A stretch of DNA of 63,896 nucleotides, filler included, from Candidatus Eiseniibacteriota bacterium (GTDB taxonomy: Bacteria; Orphanbacterota; Orphanbacteria; Orphanbacterales; Orphanbacteraceae), in NCBI GenBank assembly GCA_043809585.1. It is 5 parts of 5 records of this genome, joined end to end, with 100 filler letters (N's around TTAATTAATTAA, not from the genome) between each part and the next. Parts side by side here need not be neighbours in the genome. Positions count along the whole stretch, not along the records: positions 55,364 to 63,896 come from JBDROZ010000120.1; 4 more parts are not named here. One strand, given 5' to 3'. Positions within the stretch are counted from its first letter, which is position 1; each line of letters opens with the position of its first letter. This document shows positions 57,154 to 63,896 of this stretch, in pieces. The position numbers and the translations under genes were made by a program. The notes beneath the pieces were generated by a model. It was not told where the DNA came from. It ran no database searches and saw only the letters and a list, made by a program, of their open reading frames with translations.

Positions 57154-58031
57154 CGGCTCATCCTCCTCTCCCTGGCGCGGAAGAATCGGACCAGGGGGTC
57201 GACGTAGTTCCCGTCGGTCCCCACCTCGATCAGGTCCACGCGGTGGGAACGGAAGAAGGCGCGGAGCCGCTCCTCCTCCCAGGTCCGGTTCTTCGCGTAG
57301 GCCTGCCGGAATTCCCGGCTTCGGGTCGAGAGGAAGAGGCGCTCGCCCGTCTCGGCGTCCTCCATCTCCACGAGCCCCACGTTCGGGATCGCCCCTTCCC
57401 TCGGGTCGCCGATGCGGACGGCGATCACGTCGTGCCGGCGGTTCGTCACGCCGAGGAGCCGCCCGAAGGGGGCTCCGAGAAAATCGGAGACGAGAAAGAC
57501 GACGCTCCGCCGCTTCTGCACGCGATTGAGGTGTTCGAGGGCGGCGGAAATGTCCGTCCTCTTCCCCTCCGGCTCGTAGTAGAGCAGCTCCCGGATCACC
57601 CGGAGGACGTGGCGCCGCCCCTTGCGGGGGGCGAGGTACTTCTCCACGCCGTCCGTGAAGAGCTGCAGGCCCACCTTGTCGTTGTTCTTGATCGCCGAGA
57701 AGGCGAGGAGGGAACAGATCTCGGCGGCGATCTCCGACTTGAAGTGGCGGTCCGTGCCGAAATCGCTCGAGGCGGAGACGTCGACGAGCAGGACGACGAC
57801 CAGCTCCCGCTCCTCGACGAACTCTTTCACGAAGGGGCGGTTCATCCGGGCGGTCACGTTCCAGTCGATGGCCCGGATGTCGTCCCCCTCCTGATACTCC
57901 CGGACCTGCTCGAACTCCATCCCCCGGCCCTTGAAGACCGAGTGATACTCGCCCGAGAAAAGACTCTCCACGAGGGAGCTCGTGGAGATCTCGATCCGCC
58001 GGACCTTCTTGATCAGTTCTTTCGGCAGCAC
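57150..58031 (-). CDS. DUF58 domain protein
   Basis: GEYHSVFKGRGMEFEQVREYQEGDDIRAIDWNVTAR. Confidence 0.93.
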   Translation of the reverse strand: MLPKELIKKVRRIEISTSSLVESLFSGEYHSVFKGRGMEFEQVREYQEGDDIRAIDWNVTARMNRPFVKEFVEERELVVVLLVDVSASSDFGTDRHFKSEIAAEICSLLAFSAIKNNDKVGLQLFTDGVEKYLAPRKGRRHVLRVIRELLYYEPEGKRTDISAALEHLNRVQKRRSVVFLVSDFLGAPFGRLLGVTNRRHDVIAVRIGDPREGAIPNVGLVEMEDAETGERLFLSTRSREFRQAYAKNRTWEEERLRAFFRSHRVDLIEVGTDGNYVDPLVRFFRARERRMSR

Positions 58032-58116
58032 TGTCGCTCCGATCCCGTCTCGTCGATTCTGCGGGCCTTCCTGTCCGGAATGAGTTTCAAGAACCGATTC
58101 GATCTGTACCTCGCGG

Positions 58117-58174
58117 GTAGGCCGTGATTCGAGACCGATTCGGTCTCGCAGCTGGACCGATCGAGAATCACGGC

Positions 58175-58178
<4 letters not shown>
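58117..58178. repeat. 62-bp palindromic element with GTAG ends
   Basis: GTAGGCCGTGATTC...GAATCACGGCCTAC perfect 14-bp IR with nested hairpin. Confidence 0.7.
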
Positions 58179-59161
<983 letters not shown>

Positions 59162-59271
59162 GTTCGTCTCCTGTCAAGATGGTCGGTTGCCCGCGAATGG
59201 GGGCCGGAGGGCTCCCGAAAAAGGACTACCCCGCCGCCCGCCGTGGAGTTCCCGGCGGGGGCGGACCTTTT

Positions 59272-61674
59272 CTACCGGATGACGATGAATTTACGGGTCG
59301 CCGAAAAGGACCCCGCCTCGAAGCGGAGAAAGTAGACGCCGGAGGAGACCCGTCGTCCCTCCTCGTCCTTGCCGTCCCACGAGGCGCGGAGGCCTTTCCC
59401 CGGTCCCACCGGCGCGTCCAAGATCGTCCCCACCGAGCGACCCGCCACGTCGCAGACCCGAAGGAGCGCCCGCTCCCGGACCGGCATGTCGAAGAAGATC
59501 GGGTACTCGTCGCCGGCGCCGGAGAGGAACGGGTTCGACGGTCCCTCTTCCCCCTCGACGCTCTGGTGGAGGGCGTAGCCGATCGAGTAGAGCTCGAAGT
59601 CGTAAATCCCGGAGGCGGGGAGGGTCGCTCGGTTCCCCGAAAGGTCGACGGCCGTGATCGAGTACTCGACGCTCTCCCCCGGTGCGCCCTCCCCCGGGAA
59701 GGAGCCGGCGAAGGTGGAATCGCCGACCCGGGCGAGCGGGAAGGTGCCGGCGAACCCTTTGCCCGCGCCCTTGTCGTAGACCACGAAGACCGAGTCGTCG
59801 TCGACCGAGGCGTTGTCCGTGACCGTCACGCGGACCTCGGGGGGCCACTCCTGAACGGGCCAGTCGGGGATCGGCACATGGACGATGACCGGCGGCGTCG
59901 CGTCGCCGATCTCGTAGTAGTCCGCCGGGGCGTCGTCGGGGATCGTGAGGACGGTGTCCTCGCGGACGAAACGGAAGAAGTAACGCCGCGTCACCGTCTC
60001 CGGAGCGGGGAGGAAGAAAGTATAGGCATCCGGAATGCTCGGGGTATGGGCGCCGTTCTTGGCGATTGACAGAAGGCCGATCGTGTCGGTGAACGCCACC
60101 GCGTTTCCCACGACCGCCTGGAGAGAATCGAATCCGGGATAGAGGGAGAGCGAGAGGAAGATGTCATAGCCGGTGGAACCATTCCACATCGCCTGTTCCG
60201 CCGGATCGTGGCGGACCAACGGCCGGAGCGCCGCGGCGTAGACGTCGACGATCCCCCACCCGAGCGCGGTGTCCGGCGCGCTCGCCTGGCTCGCCGTCGC
60301 CTTCAGGGCTTCCATGACATCGCCCGGCGTCATGCTCGGATGGACCTCGAGGAGAAGGGCGGCCGCACCGCCTACGAGGGGGCATGAAAAAGAAGTCCCC
60401 GAGAGGGTCTGTGAATAGTACGGCGCGGACCGGGGATTCCCGATGCCCGCCACGCCAAAGCCCATGGCGGAGACATCCGGCTTGATCCGCCCGTCCGCCG
60501 TGGGCCCGAAGGAGGAGAAACTCGCCCGATCGCCGTTGATCGTGACGGCGCCGACGGCGATCACCCCGGGCGCGTCGGCCGGCGCGATCAGGTAGTGCCA
60601 GGAGGCATTCGCCTCGTTCCCCTGGGAGTTGACCACCACGAGGCCCCGCTCGACGGCCGCCTGTGCCCCGATGGAGATGACGGCGCCGTCACCGGTCATG
60701 TCGGCGTACTCGTACCAGTCGATATACCCGACCGAGCTGCTCGCCACGTCGACGCCGAGACTCTCCCCCCACTCGATCCCCTCGATCCAGAAGTCCTCTT
60801 CCTCGGGGTACTCGGCGCCGAGTTCCGAGTCCTCGGTCTTCGCGAGGTAGTAGCTCGCGCCGTAACCGGGACCGACCAACGTGCCGGGATCGTAGCCGCC
60901 GATCACCGAGAGCGTGCTCGATCCGTGGTTCTCGACATTGATGGGGAAGCCCTCGGAGGGGGTCTCGTTCGACACGATGCCGTCGTCGTGGACGAAGTCG
61001 CGGCGTTCCCGGATGTCCATGCCGCTGAAGCAGGGGGCGCCCGTGTAGAACCCGCTGTCGAGCATGAGCACATGGACGCCCGCGCCCGAGTAGCCCGCCT
61101 CGAGCAGGGGGATCGCGTTCATCTGGTCGAGCTGGTAGAAGGCGGACCCGTAGTCGATCTTCGTCGCCTTCCGTATCCCCGGCCGTTCGGGCGGGATCGT
61201 TCCGCCCGGTGCCGGAGGGGGCGGAGCTTCGAGGGCCGCCACTTCCTGGATCCGGACGACGAAGGGGAGCGCCGCGATCCTCTCGATGCTCTCCCGGTCC
61301 GCGGTGACGCTGACGGCGTTGAGCCAGCGGGAGCGGGTCCGGATCTCCGCTCCGGTCCGTTCCACGGCGGCGAGATAGCGGGGCGAGATCGGCCTGTCGC
61401 CCTCCGAGGGGACGTATCCCGCCCGGGCGCGCCGGGCGAGGGCTCGCTCCGTGACGGGCGCCGGTTCGCCGGCCGGCTTCTCGTCGAAGAAGACCCAAGC
61501 CGCCGCGGGGCGGTCCCTCTTCGCGAGGGCCTCCGCGAGGCGGGGGTGGATCTTCCCCGGGATCGGGGGGAGGACGCCGGTCGCCGCCCCCCCCGAGGCC
61601 GCAACGTGCGCGAAAAGACCGAGGATAAGCACGAGAACCGGGACGAGCCGCCCCATCCGATCTCCGATTCGCAC
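59272..61674 (-). CDS. Secreted S8 serine peptidase with C-terminal FlgD-Ig-like domain
   Basis: LDSG, HGSST, SGTSFSCP; ends WDGKDEEGRRVSSGVYFLRFEAG..ATRKFIVIR; alternative ATG 61656. Confidence 0.9.
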   Translation of the reverse strand: MRIGDRMGRLVPVLVLILGLFAHVAASGGAATGVLPPIPGKIHPRLAEALAKRDRPAAAWVFFDEKPAGEPAPVTERALARRARAGYVPSEGDRPISPRYLAAVERTGAEIRTRSRWLNAVSVTADRESIERIAALPFVVRIQEVAALEAPPPPAPGGTIPPERPGIRKATKIDYGSAFYQLDQMNAIPLLEAGYSGAGVHVLMLDSGFYTGAPCFSGMDIRERRDFVHDDGIVSNETPSEGFPINVENHGSSTLSVIGGYDPGTLVGPGYGASYYLAKTEDSELGAEYPEEEDFWIEGIEWGESLGVDVASSSVGYIDWYEYADMTGDGAVISIGAQAAVERGLVVVNSQGNEANASWHYLIAPADAPGVIAVGAVTINGDRASFSSFGPTADGRIKPDVSAMGFGVAGIGNPRSAPYYSQTLSGTSFSCPLVGGAAALLLEVHPSMTPGDVMEALKATASQASAPDTALGWGIVDVYAAALRPLVRHDPAEQAMWNGSTGYDIFLSLSLYPGFDSLQAVVGNAVAFTDTIGLLSIAKNGAHTPSIPDAYTFFLPAPETVTRRYFFRFVREDTVLTIPDDAPADYYEIGDATPPVIVHVPIPDWPVQEWPPEVRVTVTDNASVDDDSVFVVYDKGAGKGFAGTFPLARVGDSTFAGSFPGEGAPGESVEYSITAVDLSGNRATLPASGIYDFELYSIGYALHQSVEGEEGPSNPFLSGAGDEYPIFFDMPVRERALLRVCDVAGRSVGTILDAPVGPGKGLRASWDGKDEEGRRVSSGVYFLRFEAGSFSATRKFIVIR

Positions 61675-61723
61675 TCTTCCTACCTCCCTCCTACGTGGAA
61701 GACCGGGTTCGCCCCCGCCTTTC

Positions 61724-62146
61724 TCAATCGGTTTTCCCCGGGGGGGACGGGATGTTCTCCGTCGCCACCACGAGCCGTTCGACCGAGAGGCCCCGGGCCG
61801 CGTCCATGACGGTCACCACTCTCCCGTACGGCACGCCCCGGTCCGCCCGGAGCGTCAGGTTCCGGCCCTCCGCCGCGTCCAGGGCGGCCCCGAGCTTCTC
61901 CTCCAGGTCCCCCTCGCCGACGATCTTCCCCTCGAGACGGATGATCCCCTCCCGGTCGACCTGCACCTCGACACCGGACGAGCGGTTCGCCTCGCCGGTC
62001 TTCGCCGACGGCAGATCGAGCGGTATTCCGGGCAGGTCCCGGAAGGTCGACGAGACCATGAAGAAGATGAGGAGCAGGAAGAGGGCGTCGATCAGGGGCG
62101 TCACGTTCACGAGGGGGGACCGCTTCCGTTCCGTTCCGAAGTTCAT
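61724..62146 (-). CDS. exbD: Biopolymer transport protein ExbD
   Basis: VNVTPLIDALFLLLIFFMV, LRADRGVPYG.VV.VMD. Confidence 0.88.
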   Translation of the reverse strand: MNFGTERKRSPLVNVTPLIDALFLLLIFFMVSSTFRDLPGIPLDLPSAKTGEANRSSGVEVQVDREGIIRLEGKIVGEGDLEEKLGAALDAAEGRNLTLRADRGVPYGRVVTVMDAARGLSVERLVVATENIPSPPGKTD

Positions 62147-62793
62147 CGGTCCGCCCCCGGCCCGGCGCCCATCTCCATCGACCGGATCCCGCGCAGTTTC
62201 CGGAGGAGCTCCGACGCGTGGTGCTCCATGTCGGAGACGATCTCCGTGGCCCGGCTCGCGAAAAAGTGATACGCGGCGAGGGCGGGGATCGCCACGGAGA
62301 GGCCGACGGCGGTCGTGATGAGCGCCTGGGAGATGCCGCCGGAAAGGGCGTTGGCGTTCCCCACGCCGACGAGGGCGATCACCCGGAAGACCCGGATCAT
62401 GCCGATCACCGTGCCGAGGAGACCGAGCAGGGGGGCCACGCCGGCGATCGCCTCCAGGGCGACGAGCCCCTTTTCGATTCGCTTCGCCTCCCGGCGCCCC
62501 GCGTCCCCGACCAGGTCCCGGATCTCGTCCATTCCGAGGCCCCGGTTCTCGATCGCCGTCCGCATCACGTTCGCGAAACTGCCGGGGTTCTTGTCCAGGA
62601 TCTTCAGCGTCAGGTCCATGTCCCCCGGCCCGTCGATGGTCTCCACGAGTTGGACGATTTCGGGCACGAGGATCTTGCTCCGCCGGAGATTGATCGCCCG
62701 TTCGATCATCACCCCGAGGGCGAGGATCGAGCAGAGCCCGATGGGGACCATGATCGGTCCGCCGGCGACGAGGAATTCGACGAGAGGTTTCAT
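62143..62793 (-). CDS. exbB: MotA/TolQ/ExbB family protein
   Basis: APLLGLLGTVIGMI, LSGGISQALITTAVGLSVAIP. Confidence 0.85.
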   Translation of the reverse strand: MKPLVEFLVAGGPIMVPIGLCSILALGVMIERAINLRRSKILVPEIVQLVETIDGPGDMDLTLKILDKNPGSFANVMRTAIENRGLGMDEIRDLVGDAGRREAKRIEKGLVALEAIAGVAPLLGLLGTVIGMIRVFRVIALVGVGNANALSGGISQALITTAVGLSVAIPALAAYHFFASRATEIVSDMEHHASELLRKLRGIRSMEMGAGPGADR

Positions 62794-62797
62794 GATC

Positions 62798-63637
62798 TCA
62801 CCGGTAGTAGAACGTGCACGTGATCACCCATCGTTTCTCCGGGAAATCGTCCGGCAGGGGCGGGAAAGGCGCGCCGAACCGGACCGCGTTCATAGCCGCC
62901 GTGTCGAGGGACTTGTGGTCGGCCCCCTCCACGAGCTCGAGGAGGCCCAAGGTGCCGTCCTTCTCCACGGCGAAGCGGATCAGCGCCGCCCCCCCGTAGG
63001 GAAGGCCGCCGCGGAAGGCGACGGGGGGATACCACTTCTCCTCGATCCGTCTTTTCAGTTCGAGGAGATAGGGGGCGAACTCGAAATCGACCGTGTTGAA
63101 CGAAAGGTCGCCGGGGAGCGCCGCCGATCCCTTCGAGTTGTCGTACCGGCTCTCCTCGATCGACCGGGTCACCTCCCGGCGGATCTGGGAGGGGGAGAAG
63201 GAGTACGCTTTCGCCGCCGCCCATTCCCCCTCCTCGGGGGGCGATTCCCCGGCCGGTCCGGGGGTGGTCGGCCGGGGATCCTCCTCCGCCCGGGGCGCCC
63301 GGGTCTCCTTCACCGGCGATTCGCCGATCGAGAAGGGCTGCTCGTTTCCGTCCACCGCCGCCTCCGTCTCGGTCCGGGCCAGGCTCTTCTTCGTGGAGAC
63401 GAGATTCGTCTCGGGCGCCACCTCCGGTTCCGGGCCGGGGGGGGGGTCGACGAACTCGAAGACGATGGGCTCTTGAATCTCGGGGGCCGACGCCTCCACC
63501 TCGTCCGCCTCCAGCCAACCGGACACGGGATCGCACCGGGCCACGAAGACCGGGGCCAGGAGATGGAGAAGCGCCGAGAGAACGATCGTTCTCTTCAAGC
63601 TCCACCGGAGGCGACCACGATTCGGATCGTTTCCCAT
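62798..63637 (-). CDS. TonB family protein
   Basis: N-terminal SALLH TM, Pro/Glu-rich linker, YL..LKRRIEEKWYPP...LDTAAMNAV..APFPPLP. Confidence 0.85.
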   Translation of the reverse strand: MGNDPNRGRLRWSLKRTIVLSALLHLLAPVFVARCDPVSGWLEADEVEASAPEIQEPIVFEFVDPPPGPEPEVAPETNLVSTKKSLARTETEAAVDGNEQPFSIGESPVKETRAPRAEEDPRPTTPGPAGESPPEEGEWAAAKAYSFSPSQIRREVTRSIEESRYDNSKGSAALPGDLSFNTVDFEFAPYLLELKRRIEEKWYPPVAFRGGLPYGGAALIRFAVEKDGTLGLLELVEGADHKSLDTAAMNAVRFGAPFPPLPDDFPEKRWVITCTFYYR

Positions 63638-63751
63638 GAAGACCCTGAGCAGGGGATGAAGGAAACGGGAAGGAATCCAGGGGGCCCGGGAGGGCGCCGC
63701 GAGCCGCCGCGCTCCCCCTCCTCACCGGCGAGGATGGGGGGAACGGGCGGA

Positions 63752-63896
63752 CTAGCCTGGATTATGCACAAATCTCCTACTGCGATCTCGGATCGCCGCC
63801 TGCGAAGCCTCCTTTCCTTCGCCGCCTCCTCGACGGGGCCCGTCGGGCGCTTGGACTTATCGCGACGGCTAGGAGCGATAAGTGGTAGCGCCCGGG
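63752..63896 (+). mobile_element. MITE (35700 family), truncated by window end
   Basis: Near-identical to 35700-35844. Confidence 0.88.

Overview
High-GC bacterial DNA made of five contigs joined by 100-nt N/TTAATTAATTAA linkers (13172-13271, 29990-30089, 37218-37317, 55264-55363), so adjacency across linkers means nothing. A C-terminal 'TWGRIK' motif, a FlgD-Ig-type peptidase tail and a Bacteroidota-type sdh pair suggest an FCB-related uncultured lineage such as Eisenbacteria, Krumholzibacteriota or Latescibacterota (inference). Contig 1: rpoB-rpoC-rpsL-rpsG-fusA-rpsJ-rplD-rplW-rplB, with tuf and rplC missing from their usual positions. Contig 2: an 8-gene operon resembling the Myxococcus Agl-Glt core machinery (GltC/D/F/G-like plus AglR/Q/S-like), with a poly-G frameshift in the GltD-like gene. 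It also holds an apparently ATPase-dead ClpA/C-like protein and an ECF sigma/VWA anti-sigma pair. Contig 3: a sigma54 activator followed by a sigma54 promoter and a candidate structured small RNA, a DAG-kinase-family gene, a TlpA-type UxxC selenoprotein with a SECIS-like hairpin, and a near-identical second ECF/anti-sigma pair. Contig 4: sdhA/sdhC, a TBDR-YfiR-hybrid kinase module, Rrf2-TSUP, hydrolases, sppA and a bacilliredoxin. Contig 5: a MoxR-DUF58-BatA locus, an S8 protease and tonB-exbB-exbD. Intergenic DNA carries CTAG-flanked MITEs (one inside a promoter -10 box) and a covarying ~190-nt structured repeat family. All homology calls are from recognised motifs, not database searches.
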